Source: Vitrella brassicaformis CCMP3155 (Eukaryota; Protista; Chromerida). Taken from it: a stretch of DNA of 64,000 nt. Where the stretch lies: NCBI GenBank assembly GCA_001179505.1, contig CDMY01000759.1, positions 186,001-250,000 of the forward strand, in the 5' to 3' direction. Both the position numbers and the translations under genes were made by a program. Positions 21,720 through 34,491 of this stretch are shown here, in pieces; position 1 is the first letter of the stretch; every line of letters begins with the position of its first letter. The notes beneath the pieces were generated by a model. The model worked only from the letters and a program-made list of their open reading frames with translations, had not been told where the DNA came from and ran no database searches.

Positions 21720-24700
21720 CCCACCCCCGCTGCACCGCAGACTAGGTAGGCTATTCAGGTCTGATGCGCTGCATGCGGCCTCCAACGCGTTCCCACTGCT
21801 TCTCGTATTCCCTCCTCGCCCTTCACCGCCGTCCACCTGCTGCTGCAGCTGCTGCCGGGGCACCGCTGGGTGGGGGTGGTGGTTGTGGTTGTGCTTGCGC
21901 TTCTTCCGCGCGCAGAGGTGCTCTGTGTCCGACTCGGTGTCGTCTTTGGGCGCACCTCTGCAACATAACACACACACACAGAGTCCATCAGGTGCTTGGC
22001 TGTGACTGTGGGCGTGTGTGTATATGTGTGTGTGTATGTGTGTGTCTGCCAACGTACCGCTTGCGGCCGCCGCCCACATTGCCATGAGCATCAGGCATCA
22101 GCTCGTCACCGTGGCCAGCTCCTGCAGCAGCAGCCGCAGCAGCTCTCGAGGCCTTCGATGGCACCACATGAGCCAACCCTGCGGAACAGGGACAGAATGG
22201 ATGGATGGAACTCACATATGCACATTTGTGCAGGGTTTCCTCACTCGCTCAGTCACTCACTCACTCACCGTCGTCAATGTCCATATTGTCACCTCGGTCT
22301 TCCTGGAGGGAGCGGCCGGGTGGCCTGAAGAGCTTGCCGGCCAACTCTGCACCAACATCCACAGACGAGAATGGTCACTTTTCGCTGCATGGCCCATGCC
22401 GTCTGCCTTTCCTTCCATGTGTGTGTATTCACCTCCAGCCTCTTCATGTGCGGCAAACTCTTCCATATCGGTCAACATGCCCACACGACGGCCGCGCGGG
22501 GCCGGGGGACGGGGAGGGGGAGGCATGTCCACGCCGCTCTCGCCCATCGCCTCGCCATCACGCGAGGCCCTGCCATTCTGGCCACCAGCAGCAGCAGCGG
22601 CGCCTGCGCGAAAAGGGAGAGAGGCACAGATGGATTGACGTGTGTGCATTGTGGTTGGTTGGATGCGGACGTCCCTCCCTGCACACCCACTCACCGTCAT
22701 TGATCTCCATGTGTTCGTCTGGGTCTCGGAGGAGCGGCTCGCCCAAGAAGCCGAGGCGACGGCGAGGGGGTTGTGGCGGCTCACGGGAGTTGCAGTCCAT
22801 TCCTGAATTGACACACGCATACGAAGGGGGAGAGGCGGGGTCAGTTTGGCTGTCTGTGTGTACAGGCCTTGCGTGTGCGTGTGTTTGCATACCAGCAGCA
22901 GCGTCGTCCCCCCTGTAGTTGTCCATCTCAGCCTCAAGGTCCAGACGCATGGGACGCCCGTGTGGAGGGGGCGGGGGGAGTGGGGGAGGCACTGACAGAC
23001 AGACAGACAGACAGAGGCAGACGGCCAACCGGCGTCGGCGAATGAGAGGTATGTGTGTGTGACCGATGGGTGTGTGTGCGTATGTGCTTACTCAGGTCAT
23101 TCTCCTCAGCCATCTCGTGCCTGTCCGCAAACAACTTCATGGCCCTTCCGCCACGGGGGGGCGGGGGCGGAACACGGGCAAAGGCGGCACCTGACGGAGG
23201 GAGACATACAAATGAGGGTGAGGAGGAAACACACTTCGAGTGCCTGCCTGCCTGCCTGCCTGCACACGCACCTTCAGCCATCTTGCTACACCATTGTCTG
23301 CCCGCTTCCGTCAGGCCGATGTTGGGGGCGATAGATCGGTACTCGCGGATCTGCACCAGGCAGGCAGGCAGCAGCCAAGCAGAGCATGAGACAGTAAATG
23401 TGTGGAGTGTGCAGCGATCCGATCCACACCTCGCTGTATGCCATATCGAACAGGTTCCTGCCCTGCCCATCGTCCACAGCAGCAGCCGCGGCGGCAGCGG
23501 CACTGGCGGAGCCTCGGTTCTGCGTGTATATTTTCTTCTTCAACGCAGCGACCACACACGAGGCTATGCAGCCTGTCCGGGAGACGCCTGTATGGGCAGC
23601 AAACAGACATGCAGACAAGGACACATGTGTGTGTGTGCGTGGGGCGGTGTGTGAATCTGACTGTCCAGTCGGCTGTTAGTTGGTGCAGCCAGTGATGGGC
23701 TCTCACTGACTCAAGTGACTCACTCACTCACCCGCACGGCAGTGTATTAGCAGGGTGGTGTCGGGATCCTGGAGGGCACCGAGGCAGTAGTCGATGGCTG
23801 CGACTCCAGCTGTCGCGAAGTTGTGCACCGCGTCCTCACTGCCATCCTGCACACACACAGAGAATGAGATATCGACTGCCCGTCCTTCTGCGTGTGTGTG
23901 TGTCTGTGTGGTGTTTGTCCGCCCACCTTCATATCTTTGACGTCATAGAAGGTCACGTGCGGCAGGTCGTCGCGCCTCGACTTGCACACATAGTCGCCCC
24001 CCGACGTGTCCGCTGCCGCCAAGTTGCACACATGGGTGACCGTAGCCGACTTGAGAAACTGACAGATGGACAGACAAGCAAAGACAGGAATGTGTCACCA
24101 CAGATGCCGATATCGCCCTCAGCACACAGGGGTGCGTGAATTACCTACCTCAGTGTCATGCGCGGCCTCCTTGCTCCCTATGAGGAGCCTCCCCTTGGCC
24201 ATGCCCAGATCATAGATCCGCACGACGTTCCTCCTAGAGCAGACACACATAGAGAAGGATGATTTGTATGGTCGTCTGCTGCCGTCCCCATTGCTAACGC
24301 ATCGCACGTACTCTTGCTTGTGATCGAATATGGTGTTGGTCAGCGGGTCCGTGCGGTCCATCTTGTTGGTGCGGTTGCCCTTGGGCGACGGGCGACTCTC
24401 TTCTAGAAGAAAGAAGAGTCCGTTCGGTTCGTTCCCTCCCCCTCGCCCATTCACTCACTCACCAGCCGGTGCGTCAACGTCTGCATCCGTATCGATACAC
24501 AACCCCAACCCTCCCACTCGACGACGGCATGGCGGGTCTACAGTCGGTCAACGAAGGACAGACAAGAAGCCCACAGCCAGCAATCATCCCGCCTCCCGCA
24601 TGCATGACTGGCTTGAACCTCACCAGGTCTCTTGGGTGAGTCCTGTCGGCCCAGTCGGGGTGGGCTCCTTGGCGGGCTCCTGGGCCGGCTCCTGTGCCTG

Positions 24701-24741
24701 CTGCTGGGCGGTGTGTCAATGGCTAGGGAAGGCCGCTTCAT
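21720..24741 (-). CDS. Dual-specificity (PTP-like) protein phosphatase with long low-complexity C-terminal tail; 3' end uncertain
   Basis: Spliced LLIHCRAG|VSRTG (HCxxGxxR signature), upstream FYDVKD acid loop, downstream IREYRSIAPNIG. Likely start MKRPSL at 24741. Pro/Ala/Gln-rich exons continue to at least about 21720. Confidence 0.8.
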
Positions 24742-25240
24742 CCTCACTGCCAGGAGCTGCATATGCAACAGCCAAAACACCGCTCAGCAGATACGTTTGC
24801 ATGCGTCACGAAGCACTGTCATACACAAGGAATGCAGTGTCGGCGACCACTCACCGATGCTGTCCGTGGCTGCCGCTTGCCTGTCAGTCCTCCTTGCGCG
24901 TTGTGCTCCCTTCTTCTGCGAGAGGGTGACAAGGCGAGCGCTCCGAGCGGCGCAAGCAACACTGCCAGCGCAACGCAGCGAGATTGAGGCCTACTGCCTG
25001 TCTTCCAGACACGGGCAGCTACTAGGACCACACTCGCGCACACAGAACTCCAGCAGAAATTGCTGTGAAACAAACATGAATCCTAAAGCCGAATACAAGC
25101 TCGCAGAGTTTGTGACGATGGTGACAATAGCGCACTGTTCTCTGCTGCGCACATACCCTTTCTCGAGTCGTTTGCAGCGATCGCGGATCACCTGTGTTGC
25201 CGGATGGGTGAATCGTAGTGTACACAACGCGATGGAGTGA

Positions 25241-28200
25241 GTGGACATCGAAGACAGCCTCCCAGGCCTCTTGTCCGCCGCAATGGAGGGAGCAGAAGGT
25301 GCATCTGCAGCGGCCCATCCATCAGATGCCGACGGCGTCCATGATCAGCCGATGCCGCCGCAACACGAGCCGGAGCCGACAGAAGAGCAGAAGCCAGCAG
25401 CAGTAGAGGAGGAGGAGGAGCAGCAGCAGCCACACGACCAGCCCGCACACCCTTCATCGGGTGACGCTGACGTCATGATGGATCTCACCGACGACCAAGA
25501 TGCCGCACATGCACCAGCACAGGCACCGGCACCAGCACCAGCAGCCGACAAGGCGCCGCACACGGGCCGTCAGAGGACCATCAATGAGATGCTTGGCTGG
25601 CCTGAGAGCAAGACAGACGACCAGGAGGGAGGGAAGAAGCGAGCGGCTGACGGCGATGTGGTCGACGGGAAGCCCAAGAAGCGCAAGAAGGCGGCGGGCA
25701 AGCAGAAGGGTGGAGAGGCCAAACCCAAGGGGGCCAAGGGGGCGGCCAAGGGCAAGCCCTCCCCATCGGCAGACCAGCCACCATCGCATGCTGCCGCCGA
25801 TGACGGTCCCCAGCCATCCCAGCCAGCCGACCCACCACAGGCGGCTACTGCGGCTGCAGGGTCGTCATCGTTCCAACCGGCGGCTGCCAAGCCACACCCC
25901 TTCTTCGATCCGTCCCACTATCAGAGCGCTGAGGTGCAGGCGGAGATGCGCAAGGGCGGCAAGAAGGACAACAAGAAGAAGAAGGACAAGGACGATGGCC
26001 CTCCAGAGGGCAAAGGGGGCGGCGAGGGGGGTGGTGCCGGCGAGAAGAAGGACAAGAAGGCCAAGAAGGCCAAGGCGGCCCCCAAGAGGAAGAAAGCAGC
26101 CAAGGCCAAAGACAAAGCGGCCGATGACAACAAGAAGAAGAGGAAACAGGCGCCGACCCTGTCCACGGCCAAGAAGGCCACCGACGAAACAAGCGCCGAC
26201 GCTCCAGTCCTACCAGCGCCCCCAGCAGCAGCTGCAGCAGCGGCAGAGCAGCCGATCCTGATCGAGTCGCCAGCCAAAGGAGAGCAGCCGAGGCTGCCCT
26301 TCTTCTCACTATCGGTCAAGCGCGGCGACGGGGGGCAGATGCAGCTGGGCGGCATGATGCAGACGATCGGCCACACCGTCAAGAGCACCATGCCCGTCAC
26401 AGACCCGCCAGAGTGGCCGACCCACATACGGCCGAGTGCCCAAGACAACGAGGCGCAGAGCGGAGCCATCGCAGCCATGGCTGAGGGGCGGGTGCCGTCG
26501 CTCCCCGGCACTGGCAAAAAGGGGCCCATGTCAGAGCGCCTCCTCTCCTTCCCCCCAGCTCAAGACGACGACCACGCCACCGCTTCCCAGCAGCCGGCAT
26601 CAGCAGATGAGAGCCTTCTCTCTTCTCGTTTTGCCACCATCTTGGCGCAGGTGCGGCAGGAGGAGCAGATCGACATCACCGACAGCCCGCCGTCGCAGCC
26701 ACAGCCGGTGGAGCAGGAGCAGCCGTCAGCAGGGGAGCTGTCGGACGACGCCAAGAGGGCCATTGGCGAGGTGGTTGCGCGCATTGTGCGGGGCAGTGGT
26801 GTTGGGATGGATACGGGCGCAAGGATGGGTGACGGCGGTGGCGGTGGCGGTGGTAGTGAGGGAGGTGATAGTGCGGGAGATGGTGAGGTAGCGTGGGCCA
26901 TGCGGCTGGTGGAGCGGCTGTGCAAGCGGAGGGCCGCCGCCGCCGCCGCCGCTGCTGGTGGATCAGCATCGGGGACACCGCTGTGGAGTGCTGTGTACAG
27001 GTAGGTAGGTGGGTGGGCATGCATGGCAAGAGAGGGAGGGAGGGGAATGTGTATGTGGGTATGTGTGTTCTATAGTGTGGAGGAAGTGGACGATTGGTTA
27101 GGTGACCCCGACAGCGTCGCGACCCTCCTGCAGTTCTTCAACGACTGCAAAGACCGTATCACCGACGCGCAGGAGGCAGCACGTGAGCGACACTCGCCAT
27201 TATCGGCCACCACACATCCACAACCACCGACCACCTCGTCCATATCGAGTAGCCACCTGCTGTGCCCTTGTTGTGACAGAGCTGCGTCGTCACGAGTCGT
27301 ACGATTGGTTGGATGACGGCGACTTCGTGCCTGAGGAGCCGCTGCGCGGGCGGCGTGGGCCGCCTCCCTCGGTGCTCTACGTTCATGGCCCCCCTGGCTG
27401 CGGCAAGACCGCCCTGGTGCAGCTGTGCGCAAAGATAGCTGGCTTCCAGGTAAACAAAAGGAGTCATGTCACCTCATGAGTGGGTACATGGGTGTGGCAA
27501 GTGCGGTGTGTGGTGTGGCTGATCAGGTCGATAGTGTAGATCCTTCTGAGTTGGTGGATTCCTCCGTTTTGACGAAGCGCTTCGAGGCGGCCAAATGCCA
27601 AGACATACGACGGGTAGGCAGGGCACACACACACAGGCACCATGCAGGCAAAGCACCCCACCACATCTCTCCTGTCGCCCTTGTTTCGTTGCAGCAGCCC
27701 CCACCAAGGCCATCCGCCGCTGCCCTCCTCTTCCCCCCTCCTGGCCCCCCTCGCCGGCCCCCCCGCCCCGCTCGCCCGGCTCGAACACGCAACAGCCCCC
27801 TGATATCCATCGACGAGGAGCCGGAGGACCTCGACGGCCACGATGGGCCCGACATCGACATGGCCCCCCGTCGGCGGAAGCGGGGCAAGAACAAGAAGAA
27901 GCCAGCCGACAGCAGTGACGATGAGTGGGTGGGCGAGGGAGATGGAGATGGAGATGAGAGTGAATATGGCCATGACGACGAGGCGCCAAAGGCCCGCGCC
28001 AAGGGCAAGGGCAAGGGGAGAGGGAAGAGCAAGGCGAAGGCCAAGCCCAAGGGGCAGCTGGGCATCCTGGGCTTCCTCAAGATGCCACAAAAGAAGGAAC
28101 CTCAGAGAGGGGGAGAGGAGGGTGAGGGAGAGGGCAAGAGTGAGGGGGCGGGTGCGCCGGTGGTGGCCATCAAGGAGGCCTCAGATGAGGGCGACGACGA

Positions 28201-30714
28201 GCAGCTGCCCGCCAAGAAGAAGAAGAGACGACGGCTCAAAAGGCAGGGTAAACACCTGAGCACCAGCAAGCATCTCGTCTCTTCACTCTCTATGTCTGGT
28301 ATCCCATGGATCGATGTATGCAGTGTCTGATTCGGATCACCACGATGCTGCCGAGGATCGCGACCAAGAGCAAAAGCACCAGCAGGCCGCAGCAGCTGAA
28401 ATCGCATCCGATGCAGCCCGCTCCCAGCAGCCATCGTCGCCCTCATTCCGGCTGCTTCTGGTGGACGACACGGATACCCTCTCCCCCAAGAACCTCCCCG
28501 CCCTCCACAGGCTCACCCAGCACAACCCCACCGTGCCGGTGGTGCTCATCGGCGGCGGCCAGCCGTCCATCATCCCCCCCGCTTTCAGCTCCTTCACGTC
28601 ATTCCGCGTCCCTCCGCCGTCTCCCCGTCTCGCCGCTGCGTTGCTGGCCGCTCTCGTGCTCATTGAGAAGACACGCACCGAGGGAACACCGCACAGCGAT
28701 CTGGCGCAGTGGCCGCCTGTGGCGCGATTCCTGGCTGCCCCGTTCAAGGGCGACGTGCGGCGGCTCCTGAACCAGACGCACCTGGCCATGGCGCAGAGCA
28801 GCGGGATGAGCGTGGAGCGCATTGTCGACGTGATCACGGCTCTCCCCTTCTCGACTCTTGCTGGCGCGTTGAGGAGTGGAGGTGGGGTGTCGGAGGGATC
28901 GCGTGACGAGCAGATGTGGTGGGCCGTCGAGGAGATCCGCGCCGCCGAGGCCATCCCTGTGTCGACTGACGATGACATGCCCCCACTGCCCTTCAGCCCT
29001 TCCCCTGCCTTCATCTCACCCCCGATCGACGAGCCCGCGACGCACACCACAGACGCAGTGCGGCCCCGAGGTGGCATGGAGCCGCTCTGGGTGGGGGCAC
29101 CATCACCAGCTGACATCGACAGTGACACGCTGGAAGCAATGACGTCCTGTGCTGACATGTGGGTGCACATCGATGTGTGCGAGTCTCGGCTGCGGCGTGC
29201 GTACGGTGGTGAGGGGTGGGTGGGGGGAGTGGCGGAGGGCGATAGGGACAAGAGCCCCAATGGGGGTGGGGCTGGGGGTGTCGCGCAACTCGATGAGGAG
29301 CAGGAGACGGAGTTGGACACCGAGAAGGCGGCCAATGCGGCCCTGCAGAGGGGGCGGTGGCAGCTGGTGTACTCGAGACACGACTACCTCCGCAACATGG
29401 CAGAGACCCCGGCGGCACATGGTAGGCAAGCAGCCACTGGGGGAAATGTCACACATACACACATGTGTTGTCATTCTTCCTATTTGCTGTTTGTGCAGCG
29501 TCTTGGCGCATAGAGGAGTGGAGCGCAGCGATGCAGTTGTCGATAATGAGCACGCTCTCCACACCCTCAGCCCAACAGGAGGACAAGGAGGGAGGGGGGC
29601 AGACCGACCCCGCCACTCTGTGGCTGCCTCGCCTGCAGACACTGCCGCCGTCGCCCGGGCACCTCCCAGGTGCGTCCATAGCACAGAACACGACACAACG
29701 AGCTCCATCCACTGCATGTCTGTCTGTCCTCATGTCGCCTTTCCTCATGTAGTAGCGGCCAACCCCCTGCACCATCTCTCCGTGGGCATCCTGTGCCCCC
29801 CCTCCCGCTCGCCCAAACCCGTCCCCTCCAGCAGCGCCTTCTTCGACGCCTTCACGTCCTACCTCCCACTCATGGCCGGCATCGCCCGTCTGGACTCTGA
29901 GCCACACGCAAAGGAGCGGCAGTTCATGACCCAGTGGCTGAGCGCCTTCAGAAAGCCGGACAATGAGGACGGGTTTGACGACGAGGGGAGCGAGGAGGGA
30001 GGGGTGCGGACCAGGGCCATGAAGGAGAGAGATCGAGACCGGGGCAACGGCAATGGGCGGCCGGACGGAGAGGCCATGCGGTGAGAAGGGAGGGAGGGAG
30101 AGAGGGAGGATGTCTCGCTGCGATTGTGGCTTTTGGTTGATTTTTCTCCCTGTTTGTCTCTCTCTATCCTGTCGTGGTCATCATTCATTCATTCATTCGT
30201 TCATTGCAGCAAGCAGACGAGCGCTCTGGCGAGGAAAGTAGCAACAAAGCAGCAGAAGAGCCATGCGGTACGCGAACGGCACAACACATAACATATATAC
30301 AACACATTCACACAATAGTACCGACCGACCCTTTGTTCTTCCTTTCATCTGCAGCTAGAGCTTGGCCACCTGATGGCCCACCTCGACACCCGCTTCCCCC
30401 GCGCCGCCCGAGCCATCAGCACTACCGATGCTGGCAGGAGAGACCGAGACCGAGCAGATGTGGTCATGACGCCCAGCCAAGACGACGCGTCGGGGCTGAG
30501 CGGAGGGGAGGGGGAGAGCGAGATCCCCTCACACCACCACGACGCGAGTGAGAATGACGCCCCGATCGCTCCTGTAGATGTGGCGCAGCTGTCGAGCGAC
30601 GCGCAGATGCTGTTCGGGCCTGACATAGAGCGCGAGAATCAGGCGCTGAGGGAGGGGGGGCAGCAGGCTGGTGCCGAGGGAAGGGAGCGAGGAGGAGGGG
30701 AGGGGGCGGGGTGA
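25241..30714 (+). CDS. RFC-like AAA+ clamp-loader/unloader large subunit, ELG1/ATAD5-like; start uncertain
   Basis: LWSAVYR motif, Walker A HGPPGCGKT (about 27383-27410), Walker B LLLVDDTD, sensor GDVRRLLNQ, and long K/E/A-rich disordered regions as in ATAD5. The ORF at 25241 starts at GTG, so an upstream exon is likely. Confidence 0.7.
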
Positions 30715-30885
30715 TCGGACATGTTGCATTGCAGAATGGACGGACGGTAGATGCTTCAATGAATAGCGCTTGTGTGACCTCAAAAGGCGTCGAACAACCA
30801 CGCCAAGTGCATCTTTGCGCGCTTGGCGTTGGCTCGAACGCTTTGCGGTCGACAAGAAAACGCCTTGCCCCTTGAGCTGAGTCCA

Positions 30886-31509
30886 ATGGCATTCCTCAGA
30901 GCCGTTTTCTGTCTTCTGGCGCTCTCCGTCGCCACCCTTGCTGCGCCCTCGGCCGACCCCTCGGCGGACGTGCTGGAGGTTAGCGTTCGCGAGACTTCGG
31001 CTGGCAAGTACATGATCGGTGTGACGCTGGAAACGTCTGACGTGGACTGCACACACTACGCCAACTGGTGAGCCAGGAGAAAACAGACCAACCGAGCAGC
31101 TGTGCTGCCGCCGGTAACCTCTCCCTCTGCCTCTCTGTTCGCTTCAGGTGGGAGGTGCTCAGTGAGGACGGTAAGGCAGCACACCGACCACACCAGAATA
31201 GGCACACCCTACGGCCTCCCCTCCCCCTTTGCGCGTGCTGCAGGCGAGCTGCTGTACCGTCGCATCCTTCGTCACAGCCACGCCGCCACCCAGCCCTTCA
31301 CCCGCTACTCCGAGGACGACGTGTCGCTCGAGGAGGACCAGGAGATCATCGTGCGTGCCCACATGCACGTGGACGGCAAGGAGCTCTACCCCGACAGTCA
31401 GGTCCTCAAGGGCAGCGCCAAGGCGGGGTTCGCAAAAGCCACGCTGGAGAAGAACTTTGCTGCCGCTGTGGAGAAGGAGGGGCCGCAGGCCGAGGGCTGC
31501 CTGTATTGA
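30886..31509 (+). CDS. Small secreted conserved hypothetical protein of bacterial-like type (3 exons)
   Basis: Signal MAFLRAVFCLLALSVATLA; spliced ADVLEVSV...GVTLETSDVDCTHYANW|WEVLSEDG|ELLYRRILRHSHAATQPFTR...IIVRAHMH...GCLY*. Introns restore the frame cleanly. Confidence 0.8.
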
Positions 31510-32105
31510 TGATTACGCGTCGGGAGTCTGAGGCCAGCCAGAAGAAGGCTTCCGAAGTGGAGCTATCTATAGTTGCATTGCACACAGTCATGGTTTTTGC
31601 GTCTGGTTTTCGCCACGGAGGGATGTGTACAGAGGTTAGCAAAGAGCATCTTATTGGGTGGGGTGGTGCAAATGCACGTACTTAGAGGCAGGCGGGGGTG
31701 GGTGGGGGTCTGAGAGGGTGTGGCTGGCTGGCTGGCTGGTGCCACTCGCTGTCTTGCTGGATCGTTCTATTCTGGTCTGTCTGTTTGCGATGCTATGCGG
31801 CTGTGTCGATAGGTAAGACGTGCACATCGATAAGTGTTTCGTTGCTCTCTCCTGCTCCGACCCGACACACTTGGCTTGGCTTACATTACATTCAATGCAT
31901 TGTGTGTGTCTGGAAATTATATGGCTGGTCATATCAATGTCAGCGCATCACTGACGGCGAGAACTGATAAGTCCGACTCAGATCTGACCATTCATTTGAC
32001 CACACAGACCCCCATTGCAGCGGGGTTCACAAAACGTAAACAGAACTTGAAGGGCGAGGAGAAGGGGAGGTAGAGAACGTCGTGAGGCACCTGTCTGTCT
32101 ACAAA

Positions 32106-34065
32106 ATGGATGGCTCTCGTCCGACTGAAGGAGATCAGGCCGACGAACTGGCGCCCTCGTCTGGTGCGGCAAGTGGCGCTGCAGCCGACGCCTGTCTGTC
32201 TGGGGTTGTGCCTTCGCTTTCGCCGTCCACAGCGCATCACACAGATCCCGCTGGTTTCGGTGGAGGCAGCTCCTCCTCGTCTTTGTACATTGCCTTGTTG
32301 CGCGAGTGGCGGTTCTTTCTCTGTGGGCTCACCAGTGGAGTGGCGCAAGCGGCGGCCTTCACGCCTGTTGATAGAGGTGGGTATGTTGGTCAGCCTGTGC
32401 GTGCACTAGATGGCCACCAGATCTGTGTTGTCCAACTCTCTATGTGTATGTGCAGCATTGTATCTTTCGGTGAGGGATCGGCGGCCGTTTCTGCATCGGC
32501 AGAACTGGGTTGACCCATACCAGGGCTTCCTGCAGACCATTGTGCACAGAGCCGTCAGTGGAGGCCTCTACTTCCCACTCGGTGACCAGCAGGGCGGCAT
32601 GACAGGCACCACTATTGGCCACTCATTCATCAGTCGAGTGTCTATGTGTGTGTGTGCAGAGAGTCTGTTCAAGCCGGTCGTTGAGGAGCTGTTGAGGTCG
32701 CAGGATGACGATCGGCCGCTTGGGGCGTGCGCGTACTTCCTCGCGGTGAGGATGTTCATGCACACATAAAGGCATTAGCACATGGATGCGATGCGTTGCG
32801 TTGATGAACCTACAGGGAAACGCTGCTGGAGTGACCAATGCGCTTCTGCTACACCCCTTGGCAACGGTCAAGTACGCGTGTTGGGGCCAGCCAGCGGAGG
32901 GCGGGCGGTTCTGGCCGGTGGTGCGGCACATCTACTCGGAGGGCGGGGTGCGGCCCTTCCTCAGAGGCGCATTAGCCACTGTCATGCGAGATCTCACCTT
33001 CGGGGTCAGTCAGAGAATGAAATGCACACCAAATCATCACGAGAAAACATGCCTGCCTCCGGTCGTCACGTGTCGTGTCTGTCATTCACTACCTAGGGTC
33101 TGTTTGCGGCCATTCGCCATCCGATGACCCGGTTCGCTTTGCGGACGGAGCGGGAGATCAAGGAGCGCATCATCCGAGCACGCAGCTCATCTCCAACAGC
33201 GGCAGCCGTCTTCCCCTCCCTCTCCCTCCCCCCAACAACACACACACACGCCCCCGCATCATCCCAGCCAGCAGCTGCTGCATCCCTCACAGACCTGTCC
33301 ATCGGTGACCGTCCCCATTCTCCTGCGGACGGGGGCATGGCTGCCCCCTTGCTGCCGTCACCTGTTTCTGCGCGCCATCACAGCCCTGTGACGAGGAGTG
33401 GTCTTGAGGAGGACCGGCCGGTGGACCATCAGCACGGCAAGGAGCTCGATTGGCGGAGGAAGAGGGAGAGGGAGAGGGAGCACCCCCAACACCAACACCA
33501 CCATCATCATCACCACAGGCATGGCAGGGGCGGAGCGGGCGACGAGAAGCCTGGCCTGACATTCTTCGTCATCAACTCGTTCGCGGCCATGATTGCTGTG
33601 GCCGCCAGCAGCCCGTTCAACTACATCCGGTAGGTGGGCGACCACAGACAGACAGGCAGGCAGACACCAACGAGGGTGTCCGTCCATCTACCTCTCTCTT
33701 GTCGTGCCTGCCCTGCCCTGCACAGGAACATCAAGTTCGCGATCCCGCCAGGACAGCCCACACCGTCGGGCCCAGCCATCCTGAGAGAGTTATGGCGCGA
33801 ATCCATCGAGGAGGGCGCCAAACTCGCCGCGGAGCGCAGGCAGCTGATCCAGGACATGGGGAGTCGGCCGCCGCCCTCCCTGCCGGTCTTCATGAAAGTG
33901 TTGGCCCAGCACCCGATACGCGTGGAGGTGTCGCGGATGCGTGGCTTCTGCCGGCACATGGGGACGCGCCTGCGGCTGGGGTGGGGAAGCTCACGTGTGG
34001 CTGTGGGGATGGCCTTCGCCGCTGTGGTGTACCAGTACTGCATCGATTGGACCGCCTGTGAGTGA
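32106..34065 (+). CDS. Divergent mitochondrial carrier (SLC25) family protein
   Basis: Three repeats: GLTSGVAQAAAFTPVDR, GNAAGVTNALLLHPLATVKY...GGVRPFLRG...RDLTFG, AAMIAVAASSPFNYIR...LGWGSSRVAVGM. Confidence 0.75.
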
Positions 34066-34491
34066 GAGAGTGAGGGCGGGATGGGAGGGAGAGGAATGGG
34101 TATTTTTTCAGCTGAATAGCTGAAGAAGGAGCAGGAGAAGAAACGAGAAGAGATTTCGCTCTTGCGAATGAGAAAGGGATGCTGTTTCCCATTTGTGGGG
34201 GATGGGGGATTGAGGGTTTACGGCGCGTCTGCACAGAGGAGCCTCCGTATAGCAGGCAGGTGATGGCGCGTTCAGTCAGCCAGACATGGCATGTGCTCGC
34301 GTGGTGGGTGTATCGGTGGGCGGGTGGGTGGACATGGTCTGCATTGACTGACTGACTGACAGATACTCATACTGGCATTTTGCCTGTCTTTTCAATCATT
34401 TTGTCGTCCCTCAATCGCATCCACACACACGTCAAAAGTCTCGTGTCACTGTCACACGATCCATGCACAAGGACACTCACACGCAAGCCCC

